Positions 41,999 through 55,556 of a stretch of DNA of 64,000 bases are shown one piece after another. The notes beneath the pieces are model-generated. The model made no database searches. It had not been told where the DNA came from and saw only the letters and a program-made list of their open reading frames with translations. Origin of the DNA: Octopus vulgaris (taxonomy: Eukaryota); NCBI GenBank assembly GCA_951406725.2, contig OX597814.1, forward strand, positions 121,830,001-121,894,000, given 5' to 3'. Both the position numbers and the translations under genes were made by a program. Position 1 is the stretch's first letter, and each line of letters begins with the position of its first letter.

Positions 41999-42724
41999 AC
42001 TGCAAATATTATAATAGTACTCACAAATTTTCGTGACAATTTTTTTTTCTTTTTTTACAAAAGCTCATAAAATGAATAAAACTCATTTTCGATGAAGACC
42101 ACAGGAAAATGCTCACGTGATACATTAACAATACACACACGTCCAAAATTCGTATCAATGAATCAATGTGTTTTTATAAAACCTTCAAGCAGTTTCCGCA
42201 CTTTCATATTCGTCAACATCTGAAACCATTATTAACAAATGTAACATGGAGGCCGGCTGGCAAAACCGTTAGCATGCCGAAAAGAATGCTCAACGGCATC
42301 TTGTCCGTCTTTTCCTTCACAGTTGAAATTCCGTCGAGGCCGATTTTACCTTTCGTCATTTCAGAGTCGATAAAATAAGCCGATGTAAACGCCTACTCTT
42401 ATCCCCTAAACTTTTACGCTTTTGTTTGAACTTATCAAGACAGCGATCTTGTAGAATCGTCAGAAGGTCGGAAGAAGTTTTTTTTTTTTTAAATAATTCT
42501 TCTGGCTTTATCTATGACTTGTTTCAGTCATCAAATCTTGGCCAAGCGGGGGCATTGCCTTGAAGAATTTTAGTCGAAAAATCGACCCCAGTACTAATTT
42601 TCTTGAGCCTGGTAGTTATTCTTTTGGCCACTTCTGAGTTACGGGACGTAAACACAACAACACCGGTTGTCAAGCGGTGCTGGGAGAAACACAGACAAAA
42701 ACACAGATACATAAACAAACACAC

Positions 42725-42756
<32 letters not shown>

Positions 42757-42819
42757 ATATATACATATATATATATATGTGTGTGTGTATGTATATATAT
42801 GCATATACATATATATATA

Positions 42820-42958
<139 letters not shown>

Positions 42959-42965
42959 TACATAT

Positions 42966-43337
42966 ATATATTAATAAAAGGAATTCCGACCTTGTCTGAT
43001 TTTCACGTTTTATTTACAATCTTATAATGATATAAGATAATATAATAAAATAAAATAAAATAATAGAATGTTAAATGTTCATTCTGATTGTATTTCATGG
43101 TGATCTTCAGTTCATGCTTCACAATTTCACGGTCAAAAATTGTGAAGCATGACTGTCACCACTACGACATGAACCTCAAGATTGCAGAATTTAATGCATG
43201 AAAGTACTAGTTCAATCAGAATGAACATTTAACATTCTATTATTTTATTTTATTTTATTATATTATCTTATATCATTATAAGATTGTAAATAAAACGTGA
43301 AAATCAGACAAGGTCGGAATTCCTTTTATTAATATAT
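42966..43337. repeat. Perfect 125-bp inverted repeat with a 122-bp structured spacer (candidate Penelope-like inverted terminal repeat)
   Basis: 42966-43090 is the exact reverse complement of 43213-43337 (checked base by base). The spacer holds a 16-bp perfect hairpin and hammerhead-like motifs. Confidence 0.95.
43170..43214 (+). ncRNA. Minimal type I hammerhead-ribozyme-like motif with one core substitution
   Basis: TGAAC-CTCAAGA-t-TGCA(gaatttaa)TGCA-t-GAAA-GTAC-TA-GTTCA: perfect stem I, 4-bp stem II, palindromic AGTACT stem III and a UH site. CTGAAGA reads CTCAAGA. Confidence 0.65.
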
Positions 43338-43361
43338 TCTTCTATACACAATCACACACAC

Positions 43362-43409
<48 letters not shown>

Positions 43410-43412
<3 letters not shown>

Positions 43413-43760
43413 TAAACAGTAAAAATAATTACAGACATGGACAAGAACATGAAACGCCACAGAGACGACACAAGAACCACAGGACGGGACATTCGAAGCC
43501 CTCAGTCATCAGTCAAGAACCAGATCATCTTAGCAATTTCGGCTGATTAATCTTGAGATTGCTCCGATATGGCAGCCGCCAAGGGAAATCTAAGCCAAGT
43601 GCATTAGATCCCCTGGAAGAAAGCTTCGAATGTATACAACACGAGGACGGAAAACGAACGAATACACGAACAAAAATACAGAATACGTGACAACAATAAG
43701 AATACAAAAACGTAAAAACAATAACGGTAAAATAAAGTATAAAAAATAAACAACAAAACA
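43410..43760. mobile_element. Unclassified dispersed repeat 'X', copy 2, flanked by (TA)n on both sides
   Basis: Homologous to 20060-20425 and 51058-51420 (ccagatcatctt-gcaat, cggctg-tta, aaggga-aa-taagc, cattagat-cc-tggaa). Confidence 0.7.
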
Positions 43761-43783
43761 TATATATATATATATATATACAT

Positions 43784-43889
<106 letters not shown>

Positions 43890-44589
43890 GAAGGGCTTTT
43901 TTTCAGTTTCCGTCTACCAAATCTATTCACAAGCCTTTGACCGAGGCTTCTAGCATTAAACACTTGCCCAAGTCGGTACGCAGTGAAACTCACCACGGAA
44001 CCCTATGGTTGAAAAGCAAATTTCTTACCACGCAGCCACGCCTACTCTGATTTGAAACCACGGTGAGGTTAACTTTGATTTTGATACTTTCGGAAGATCG
44101 ATAAACTAAAGTACAAGTCAAACCAGTCGTAGTTGTACGCAAACCAGAACCGATTATTAACAAGTGTAATGTTCTAATTAATTGCGTGCATGTTCTAGTA
44201 GAGCATCCTTAAATATTTTATCGAAATTCATGCCATTGATCCATTTGAATTATTTCCCTTGGCACATTATTTTTGATCACTTTTTAGCGAAATGATCCGC
44301 TGCATACACAGGGGTTTCGTTGGATTATGCTGGCGCTGTTGATGATGACGATGATAGTGGAGGTGGTGGTGGTTATGGTGGAGGATGTGCTGTGATCTTG
44401 ATAGTAATGGGGAAAGGTGATGGCGGTGAATGGTGAAGATGCGGGGATATTTGTGAGTGTCTGTGATGGTGAAGTTGGGGTGGAGGTGGGCAGAAGCCGT
44501 GGTAGTGTTGGTGATGGTGGTGATGGTTGGTTGGAAATAAAATTGACAGCAAAAATAAAATCTAATTCTTCGTTCACAAGAAAGAGTAA

Positions 44590-44785
44590 AAAGAAGAGGA
44601 TGAGGAGGAATAAGATGAAGAGGAGGAAGGAGAAGCAACAGCAGCAGCAGCAGCAGCAGAAGAAGAAGAAGAAGAAGAAGAAGAAGCAGCAGAAGCAGAA
44701 GAAGAAGAAGAAGAAGAAGAAGAAGAAGAAGAAGAAGAAGAAGAAGAAGAAGAAGAAAAGGATGATGATGATGATGATGTTGAGG
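44590..44785. repeat. (AAG)n/(CAG)n/(ATG)n compound repeat
   Basis: Read directly. Confidence 0.95.
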
Positions 44786-45204
44786 AAGAGAAAAGGGGAA
44801 GGCCTGGATGTGAGGGCGATGTGGAGTGCAGAAGGAGGAGGGCGTATATACTTCAACGTTGTTTTAGTCCCATCTAATGTTTCTGTAGCTTGAGGTTAAT
44901 ATAATCAGTGGCTTCACTGACCTCAAACTGGCCTTTCATTGACCTTTCCTGCTAGTTCTATTATTAGACTCAAACAGACAGTGATAGTAAACACTACACA
45001 TTTTACTGCTCGGTAGAACCAAGTTTATTCACTTCTCCATTTTGTATTTCCTTTCTTTCTCTGCCTTAGACGGCGGCAACATTTATGAACTGATGAACAA
45101 AAGGAGACTCTTCGTTGTATTCTGCAACATCTTTGCTGCTGCTGCTGCTGTTGTTCTTGTTCTTGTTGTTGGTGGTGGTGGCGGTGGTGGTGATCAGGTT
45201 GCTA

Positions 45205-45540
45205 AAGGATTTCCGTCGTTCGACGATAAATATTCAGTGGTTCAATCAACTGAATTATCTACGCCTGAATTAGTCTGTAAGTGGCTGAGAATTCCGCAGA
45301 CCCTTATGGCCTTAATGTAATTCGCAGGTACAATCAGTGTGTCTCACTGTGTGACAAGGGCTGTTCCAAATTCAACTGCCCTTGTCACACATATACAATC
45401 CATCAACCGGTTGCCATGTGTTGCCCTACCTCCAGTTTCACTCAAAACCAATGAGTTGACTCGAAATATGAGCATTGAGTATAAGCTCAATATGCGATTT
45501 GAACCCGGACCTCATGGTTGCGAGGTAAATTTCATTGATC
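45205..45540 (-). mobile_element. Degenerate SINE family C copy
   Basis: Reverse-complement similarity to 37770-38217 (ttccgtcgttcgacga; cagtgtg...gtgtgacaag; tttgaacccggacctcatggttgcga). Confidence 0.5.
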
Positions 45541-45624
45541 ATGCGGTTGTGTTGCGCGAAGACGTTCGACCATAATCGCGTTATAAAATGTGTGGTTTTC
45601 TGTCAAGTTGAGATAGAAATCTTA

Positions 45625-45835
45625 GACATTTTGGCCAGCAATTTCAGGAGAGGGCGTAAGCCGATTACATCAACTCCAGTACTCAACTGTTGTCTATTTT
45701 ATCTATACTGAAAGAAAAAAAAAATTGAAAAGCAAAGATGACCGCAGTGGAATTTTACCTCAGAACGCAAAGAGTGACGAATTGCTGTTAAGAAATGTGT
45801 CCGGAGTGCTAACGATTGTGCCAGCTCACCGACTT
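45625..45835 (-). mobile_element. Degenerate SINE A copy
   Basis: cgattacatcaactccagtactcaactg...ctcagaacgcaaag...gctaacgattgtgccagctcacc. Confidence 0.7.
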
Positions 45836-46147
45836 AAAAAGGTTTCCTGATTTTGCACAGGATATTTTTTGCTTCCTAGGGAATAATTTCAGCCTAAACC
45901 CTCACCAATTATTTCTTCAACTGAGGGCGGAATGTCTTGGGTAATGGTAGCAGCAGAATCGATTTAAATGTTAAAATAAATGCTTTACTGTAATTTTTCC
46001 GAATGAGACAACTACCTCCGGAACTCGACACCACCTTCAACCCTACTGTGGCTGATTACGAGCGAAGTGCTGGAGTCGATTTAATCAATTAACTCACCCC
46101 AGAAAAATTTATGATGTTTTTATGTCATGGCGTTCTTACGTTAGAAA

Positions 46148-46309
<162 letters not shown>

Positions 46310-46589
46310 GAGGGAGTGAAAGAGAATGAAAGAGAGAAGAAGAAAATGATCGAATGAGAAGTGTGGCGGCAAAAAGATAAGGTGAAAGAAAGAAATTCAC
46401 TGCTGCGACATCAGTCTGTTACTAATAATATCGGAAAATAATTTTGCATAAAATTACTGAATATATTCGAGATAAGATTAATATACCTAGCGTATCTAAT
46501 AAATTTAAACGTGATTAAGTTATGAATAATAATTTAATTATGTTTCAATTAATTCGATGTGTAACAGTTAACTTAGTTTTCGGCCATTA

Positions 46590-46950
46590 TTGGCCCAGGC
46601 CTTGTTTAACTTAATAACATCACGCTGGACAGATTTTAAGTCATGTTTTGAGACAACATAGTCCACTCGAGTAGTGAATTATAGTCTGCAAAAATGTATC
46701 TTGGTGTCGGTGGTTCGTCTAGTATCTTTTGGAGGAATGTGTCCACGTTCTGTTTAAATGCTGTGGGAGTTTTTTTCCTTTGATTTCTTTCGGGATATCG
46801 TTAAATAAAGTAGAACGACTTGAATGTGAAGAAATGGTATCATAATATTAAGACATGATGCCAGTCCAGTTTTGGAGAGGATGTGTGACAGCAGGGTCTA
46901 GCTTTAAATAAATTGTGAAATGATATATGTTTGGACAAAGATGATGGACA
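46590..46950 (-). mobile_element. CR1/L2-like LINE 3' terminal fragment
   Basis: The minus strand translates to STLFNDIPKEIK / KTPTAFKQNVDTFLQKILDEPPTPRYIFADYNSLLEW. This matches the C-terminus of CR1-group ORF2 (LFNxLPxxIR, FKxxLDxFLxxIPDEP, NSLLDW). Confidence 0.75.
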
Positions 46951-47114
46951 GTAGCGCAGGAAAGGAAAGATGATATTAGAATTACAAGTTAAAACACAGA
47001 GAGCTAGAATAAAAACCGAAGGATATTATACCTGACGACTAAACCACTCATTTAGTTCCCGTCTTGTAACAAAAAAAAAGCCGTCTGATATATGTTTTTC
47101 ATAAACATTGTATA

Positions 47115-47513
47115 AGCGCAGGCGTGACTGTGCGGTAAGAAGTTTGCTTCCCAACTATATGGTTCCGGGTTCAGTCCCACTGCATAGCACTTTGGGAAAG
47201 TGCCTTCTATAATACCCTAGGGCCGTCCAAAGCCTTGTGGGTGGATTTGGTAGAGGGAAACTGGAAGAAGCCCGTCGTATTTATATATATGTATATATTT
47301 GTGTGTGCGTGTGTGTGTGTCCGTGTTTGACATTCCCGCCATCACTTGACAACCGATGGTGGTATGTTTATGTTCCCGTAACTTAGCTGTTCGGCAAAAT
47401 CTGAATAAATACTAGGCTTGCTAAGAAGAAACCCTGGGGGCGATTTTTCGACTAACACCCTTTAAGGTGGTGCTCCAGCATGGCCGCAGTCAAATGACTG
47501 AAACGAGTAAAAA
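47115..47513 (+). mobile_element. SINE family B, full length
   Basis: Head gcgcaggcgtgactgtgcggtaag, B box GGTTCAGTCCC, internal TA/TG repeat and tail ccagcatggccgcagtcaaatgactgaaac. Confidence 0.92.
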
Positions 47514-47583
47514 AATAATAATATATACAGATATATATGTATATATATGTACACACACACAAACACATATACACGCTCACACT

Positions 47584-47630
<47 letters not shown>

Positions 47631-48149
47631 ACGCATGCGTGTGTAGAAGACCAAGAATATCAAAGAATAAATGGATAGAAGACTGCCTAGATAATTAAAA
47701 CGCTAAAGAGAAATGTTTTGGTTCCGGAAAATTGAAACAACTGTAGCAATGATTGCATCAGAGCAGAAAAGGAAATGGCAGATGATGAGGAAAATAGAGT
47801 TAAGCATCTTGCCTAAGGTCGCAGTGCAATCATAATAGAATTCTTTTAATGGATTCTGACCTTGCCACCTTTATGCCTGAAGATTTCGCGTTATAACATT
47901 TATTCCTGTTGATGAAAGTTAGCGAACATGTTGGGGTTAAAATAACCGTCTTGAATAATTTCGTTTAAGCAACCAGTAGGCTGACTGGCTGGTTTGGTAG
48001 ATGAGTTGTAACCATGGTAACATGGCTGATCTTTTATTTTTATTTTTTGCCATTACGTTACTTTATAGTTTCTCCTTTTTCTCTCACTTTTTTCTCTGTT
48101 TCTTGCTTTCTTCCCCCGCACATATTCACCCATTATTGTCAGCTCCAAT

Positions 48150-48272
48150 GTCCTCCTCCTCCTCCCCTTCTTCTTCTTCTTCTTCTTCTTCTTCTTCTTC
48201 TTCTTCTTCTTCTTCTTCTTCTTCTTCTTCTTCTTCTTCTTCTTCTTCTTCTTCTTCTTCTTCTTCTTCTTC
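48150..48272. repeat. (CCT)/(CTT)n tract
   Basis: Read directly. Confidence 0.97.
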
Positions 48273-48617
48273 TCTCCTCCTCATATATCATTCATCCCCC
48301 CACCACCACTACCATTGTCCCATTCTTTGTCCTCTACTTCACCATGCATAAATCTAGCTTGATTTTATTTCTAATTTTTCTTCCCTTCTTCCACATATTC
48401 TTCAACGCTCCATCATAAATATGAGAAAAACATCAAACCTTCAGTCATATTTGATCTCCTTCAAGGATGCTTTATTTGTAATTAAAAATTTATGATCCGG
48501 TAAGCACTAACATACATTTTGTTATTGTTATTATTCACAATATTATGACTACATTTATTAATATTTTTTTGTTATTGCGATTATTGTTCATATTACATTT
48601 CTTCTTTTTTTCTTCTA

Positions 48618-48701
<84 letters not shown>

Positions 48702-49170
48702 GATGCTATAGCTGGTTGTTGGTATTTGTTGTAGTTAACAAGAGCTGCGTTAACACATCATGGTTTCCCTCTTCAAAGTAGGAAGCAAGGTAACTTCAGA
48801 AAGAGAAAACAAAAATGAAAAGGTGTATGATTTGTTTATATTCTTGCCCTTGTAGGTGATATTGCTCTATTATTCTTTTGGCTTCTTTTCTCTTTAACGT
48901 TGTTGCTATTGTTGTTATTTTAATTGGCTTCTAACCAACACTTTTAATGGACTATCTAAATTACTTTGATGGTTTTCTGCCAAGATGAAGAAAAAGAAGA
49001 AAAAAGAATGACTTAACTTAAAACTTGGACATCATCCTTACACAATGAAAGACATACACATACACACGTCGATTCATATATACATAGATATACATATACA
49101 TCCACACTCACATGCACATATAAACTTATATACATACATACATACATACATACATACATACATACATACA

Positions 49171-49202
<32 letters not shown>

Positions 49203-51057
49203 GTCGACTCATCTCCAACATCATATATTAAATGTCACCTCCACCATCACAAATCCCACCAAAACACACACCAACACCACAACAACATAAACAAGAATCT
49301 GAAACCCACTCACCACCAAACACTACGCGAGCAGAAAAAAATGGTAATTAAATTCTCTATTGTATTCCTGCTGACTATTCAATTTATTACAATTTAGTAT
49401 TGTGTATGTATTTTTTTATGCTGTTTCAAACATCGTCTACAATAGTTAGGCCGCAGATAAAGGTGTTCGCGATGATAGGATAGAAAAAAACAAACAAATA
49501 AAAAACGCTATATTTTCTCCAATGAGACCCATTTCCTGATAAGCTATTTATTTTAATCATGAATGCGCAGTCTTTAAATAGAAAATAATGTACTGTCAAT
49601 GTTTGTCTTATCGCGGATTGTTTTTTGCTGTTACAACCTCACAATCCTCATGTAGCAAAGCTTTTGGCTACGAGAAAGCATTTTGTTTCCCTTTAAACAC
49701 AACAACGATACATAAAGAGCCAACGATGAAGCAATGAAAGAACTTCTCTAAGAAAATTCAACACAGAATCTCGATCTGATAGAACTGGCTTCCATATATC
49801 TTTGAAATCACCCTCCAGTGTCATTAAAACAGGATACATTCGATAGTGAAAGATCGTAGCTATATAGCTTTTGTTCAGCAGTTTTGATCGACCTAAGGCT
49901 AAATTAGAATATCAAGTACTTAAGGGAGCATCTATGCTAGAAGCAGCAGTTGTCTAATTTACACATACACTACAATTGTAAAAGAGCACAAGGTGAAGTG
50001 ATCCTAGGTATTTTATGCCTCGAAAAATGAAGAGAGCGAGATTATCATGGTTGGATTGTCTTTTGATAATAGGTTGGCTTCATCAAGGCTAAAATGAGGC
50101 TAAATCATAAGGACATCAAATGTTACGCATTTAGAACTTTAGCTTATTTTATATCTACAAAGGAAAAAACGATAAAATAGAATTACGTGGTTATTATTGT
50201 CTTTGTTGTTGTTGCTGTTTTTTTTTTTTTTTTTTTTTTTACTGCAATATCTTGTGTAGCTCGAGTTCAGCTCTCATTGAGAAGAATTAAGATCAAAGAT
50301 TATACCAGCTATGACCATCCCAACAATATATCAAACGCAATTCATTGAAAGGCTGTGGATTTGAGAGAAATTTTACGGCAAATATCTAGCGGGTCAGCTA
50401 ATCACGGTGTGATTTTCTCGTTTTGGGTGACACCACAATGGTTGGAAATGAGAAAAAAAATATCTTAGTGTGGTGTGGAAAACAATTCCCTTAAACAAAG
50501 TAGTAGCAGATTGTCTTAATAATGACAAAGAAATAATCGATTAATTGAGAAAAAAAAAAAAATTTCTTAATCACTTTCCCACCCAAAATCTAACAGCTGT
50601 CAGCGATTAGTACTCATTTTCTTTCAATAGACACACGTGTTTCTATAAAAGATATTTAACCCTCAGACTATTTTAAGGTCCTCCAAGTTGTGTATAAGTA
50701 GTATCAGTAGATTAAACTGTCATACAGTTCCTTCGTCTGCGCATCTCCACTTATGCTCACAGCATTCAACCTGTTAAACCGAACTGGCTTCACTTGAATT
50801 TAGTTAGCTCTAATGGTAGATAACGGAGAGGCACGAATGAAATTGCAAAACATTACTATGAACGCTGTATTTAAGAAACCTGTTGTATAAGAATAATAAG
50901 TCTATAGATTCAGACACACACACAGACATGTACACATACAAACGCACATGTATATATATAAATACAAATACACGTACACGTACATTTACATATTTATACA
51001 CACGTATATACACAAAGGTACGAAAACAAATTGCAGGTATTAATTATATATATATAT

Positions 51058-51420
51058 AGGGAGAAGAACGCAAAACATCCAGACAGTTAGGTGATGCAAA
51101 AAAGGGACAAAATATCTAGTTCCAGATCATCTTTGCAATCGGCTGGTTATAGTTGAGACTGCGCCAATCTGGCCAGCTCGAAGGGAAAAATAAGCTAGGA
51201 TCATTAGATTCCATGGAACAAAGCAGCGAATGTATGCGAAAACAAACACGGAAAAATCCCAGAGAAATGTTACACAAATACAAATGCAATTAACATAACA
51301 TAATAACAGGTGTCTTTCGACTAAGGACGAATGAAATTAAGCTGGCTTGTGTGGAAGTAAAGCTTTACGGTAGGGTCATAAGATTTAACAGGCATAGGAG
51401 GGAACTTAGATGTTGCACGG
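51058..51420. mobile_element. Unclassified dispersed repeat 'X', copy 3
   Basis: Homologous to copies 1 and 2 and starts at a (TA)n run. Confidence 0.65.
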
Positions 51421-51469
51421 ATGCTATATATACATACATACAGGCATGTAATAAAAATCCCTAAACCTA

Positions 51470-51603
51470 CAACAACACATATGTATAGTCCTATATTTAA
51501 GAGATGAGGAATTATGTACGTTATTAACATTCGACAGATATTTGTCCTCATCTTGTTTGTTAACACATCGTTTCGGCTGATATACCCCCCAGCCTTAAGG
51601 TGT
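51470..51603 (-). ncRNA. Hammerhead-bearing repeat, copy 2 (core decayed)
   Basis: The minus strand reads acac-cttaa-GGCTGG(ggggtata)TCAGCC-GAAAC-GAT-GTGTT-aacaa. It is homologous to 34621-34710. Confidence 0.55.
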
Positions 51604-52079
51604 GTGTGTGTGTGTGCGTGTATGTGTGTGTGTGTGTGTTTGTGTGTGTATGTGTGTGTACACCTTTCCAGGTACATTTCTGTCTTTTTGATTCATTTGC
51701 ATGGAGACACACAGCATACATAGCTAGATATTTTTATGTATACCAATACACATGTATTACTACGCAAATTTGTGGACAAATACGTGTATACATATATACA
51801 TGCATAAATGCATAAATAGATACATTTACAAACGTATACATATATAGTGATATCTAGTGCCTGTTTTGTGTAAGCCTATATCCTTAAATGTATTCAGAAT
51901 TGCGTGGATGCATAGGCGAACAGTCCATACACACATGCATACACTTATACATTCCTGATACCCACATATACACCCACTTATTTACTGATCGCAGGTATGT
52001 GTTGTGTGTGTGTCTGTCTCTATGTCTGTGAATCTGCGTGTGTGAGTGCATATGTATGTATATATATCTATACATATAT

Positions 52080-52148
<69 letters not shown>

Positions 52149-52179
52149 TATTTATATATACACATATATATATACATAC

Positions 52180-52251
<72 letters not shown>

Positions 52252-52769
52252 TACATACATACATACATACATACGTACATACACAAATATATATATACCT
52301 TTATATATGGAAGGGCTGGGAAAAGGAGGAGGAAGAGGGAGAAGTAAGATATACGCTAATAATTATGTTCTCAATATATCAAGATATAATTAATCTGAAA
52401 CCATACAGATATCTTCAAGTAATAGAATCGTAGGTGTTAATTACTATCATCACCACAACCCGCACAATCAACATTCTGCCACAATGATTTATCAATTTCA
52501 TGAAGTGGAAAATATTCAATGCAATCATCTAAATAAATAATTCGTTAAGTTTCCCAGATTAATATATATATATTTTTCTTCTTAATTATCAAGCTTCCCA
52601 AATTAATCATGCCATTCACGAAAAATGTTTCAACAATATTTTACTTTAGCGGGGCTAAATTACTTCATAATTTATTGATAAACTGATACAGTGGGTTTGC
52701 TTTTTTGGGTACTTCATCGTTATTGTCTTTATCCTAACTATCACAGCAGTTGCAACAACAATAGCGGTT

Positions 52770-53156
52770 TATTGAGTAAAAACACCTAAGCTCCACGAGG
52801 CACCGGCGGGGATGGTTGCGAACCCCGTTGTACTCTTTCACCAAAACTTTCTCTCACTCTTTCTTCTTACTCCTGCCACAAAGCAAAGGAACCATGGTGT
52901 AACCCACAATGGTGTGGTAAACTTTCAGACCCTAGTCTAGATTGCGAATGCTCTGTACTCCAGGATGGTTCAGCTCTCCACCCGTTAAAAGCCACCGTTT
53001 ATGGAATGAGGATAACAACGTAGCTTTCACGCCCGTGCAACCGCCAGTTTATCGCGTGTGGTGAGTGGATCTTCAAGTTTCCTCACGCATACTTAGTAGC
53101 TTAGAGTAGGCTTGAATTAGAGATTATTCTTTGTGGCTGATGGCGTGAGTCCTAAT
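52770..53156 (+). mobile_element. Putative retroposon 3' region ending in a (GAA)n tail
   Basis: A GC-richer non-repetitive block ends ...ggcgtgagtcctaatt and runs directly into (GAA)n. I recognised no protein motif. Confidence 0.3.
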
Positions 53157-53408
53157 TGAAGAAGAAGAAGAAGAAGAAGAAGAAGAAGAAGAAGAAGAAG
53201 AAGAAGAAGAAGAAGAAGAAGAAGAAGAAGAAGAAGAAGAAGAAGAAGAAGAAGAAGAAGAAGGAGGAGGAGGAGGAGAAGAAGAAGAAGAAGAAGAAGA
53301 AGAAGAAGAAGAAGAAGAAGAAGAAGAAGAAGAAGAAGAAGAAGAAGAAGAAGAAGAAGAAGAAGAAGAAGAAGAAGAAGAAGAAGAAGAAGAAGAAGAA
53401 GAAGAAGA
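53157..53408. repeat. (GAA)n of about 250 bp with a short (GAG)n interruption
   Basis: Read directly. Confidence 0.98.
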
Positions 53409-55349
53409 CAGCGGTGATATCAACAGAAGCGACTGTGCTTTTAACACTGGTTTTGCTCGCCTGACTTCGGTAAATTTGCAGCAAGACATAACCATATCTC
53501 CCATCCATCAGACCCAACATTGTGAAATGTGACCTCACCACTTCATACATGCATACTTTGAACGTTTAATACGAATACACTTCAATGCCTATGCACGAGT
53601 CATTTAAGTGACCTTTAAATGTTCCCACAACCTGCTAGAAATAAGTGCCAAACTTCCCTCAAATCTTAGTGTTATTACCATGAAAATAGGACAGCGGCTA
53701 TGATTATATATCTACTCAAGCATACCTAAGCTGAGGTTAAACGTTCACTTTTTATACAAGGTAACATTCCAATGCGCTCATCTCTCGTACATATTTAACT
53801 TAGCTTGTCTATGGTTATCTCCCCTCTTTTTGATCTGACTTTTCTTTTTCTTTGTGTCTTCACCGTGATACTTTTATTATGGATTAAGAGAACATACCTG
53901 TCTTCCTCTGAGTATTTGTTTACCACTTTTTAGTTTAAATATTCCTATATAAGAAATTACATGTCAGTTTCAGTTATATATCACAACGTTCGGAGTTGTA
54001 CTCTTTGCTAGGCTGAAGAATTTATTTTTCTCATCCCTAAAATGTTTCCGAATCCCTATATTCAACCGACCTATGATGGTGTCTTATGTATATTCGAAAT
54101 AATCAGTTCCACATATTTATACTTTAAATGCGTGATGAGTGCCAATTTATGATTAAATTATGAATTAATCTCATTTCCAGTGGAACTTGATATTTTTATT
54201 CAAGACTTTTATACAAGCTAGTTGTTAATGTGCCACAACAACAAAAACAAATGTTTGAGCCTGATAAACGAGAGAAGTTCTGACGTATTACACTTGACTA
54301 TTTCCCGGAGAATAATGTAAATCTTACATTTGACCCTGCTCTGATTATTCTTGATGTTGAAACTATTATTTGAAATAATTGACCCTCCACCTATTTAGTA
54401 TTTTAGTATATGGTCAGTAAGCCTTTATAATTAAAGTATCAATTAATATTATTTCCTGGTAGCACTTAATATTTTGCTTTTTATTAATATTCCTTTATAG
54501 CAAACAAGAGCTACAATATGAGTAAAATAATGGAGAATTATTGACCTATAAAAGACTCCTTCATGGGAAAAATTTATGTTTTAATGGCAACAAAATATTC
54601 AACCTAGGACACGATTGCTATAATTGAGACAGATGTGAACATAAACATCACCAGGGTAAATGAATTAATCTATGCAATAAAAAATGGCAGTGGAGAGAGG
54701 CTTAATTATGTCAAACTGTGAGTCACCTAATAAATTATCCCTTTCCTGGCTTGGTATTCTGTCAAAATAAAAGTTGGGCGAATAAAAGCAAAAAAATATT
54801 TTCCTAATTTCTTCTGTAAAATTGACAATTACTGATGATATTTTGGTGAACTCAAACTCTTAGTGTTTAGTGGTGGGAGCGTAACCATCTACAGAAAAAA
54901 ATACCAAAACAAACTTGGCTGGCATAAATGTAAAAGTAAACCCCAAATCGGATATATAAAATCGATATTTTATAACGTCTGCAAAGAAAATGCATGGTAA
55001 TTTGTCCACAGTAAATTTTTTCCAAATTCTCGGAAGAAATAGTACGAATAGCGAAATGATAGGTCATATGTGCAATGATTCCAAGTTGGTAGAGGTTTGC
55101 CAGTGCATGTTTTCCCAAGAATTCAGGGCAGGTGGTATGAGAAAGGTATGAGGGCCATATGATGGGTGTTATGAGATAGTAGAATAAAGCACAGCTTAAT
55201 GTATGACGTGTCAATTTAACTGAAATCGTGTAGTCTATTCGAAGACAAAGTGAAAAATGACGGAATTATTACCCTTCGGTATAAACAACAGGAATAATGA
55301 ACATTCATCGCTTAACGGCGTTAATAAATTATGAATTTATTGATATAGA

Positions 55350-55516
55350 GGCGCAGGAGTGGTTGTGTGGTAAGTAGGTTGCTTAGCAACCACATGGTTC
55401 TGAGTTCATTCCCACTGCGTGGCACCTTGGGCAAGTTTCTTCTACTATAGCCTCGGGCCGACCAAAGCCTTGTGAGTGGATTTGGTAGACGGAAACTGAA
55501 AGAAGTCCGTCGTATA

Positions 55517-55556
<40 letters not shown>

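Noticed and set aside
43500-43545. Minus-strand GAAA...CTGATGA in repeat X as a type II hammerhead
   Set aside because: I could not form convincing stems I and III, and the 20.2-kb copy has CAAA.
53978-54020. Minus-strand agagtacaactccgaacgttgtg resembling a hammerhead 3' half
   Set aside because: There is no CUGANGA box and GAAA is incomplete.
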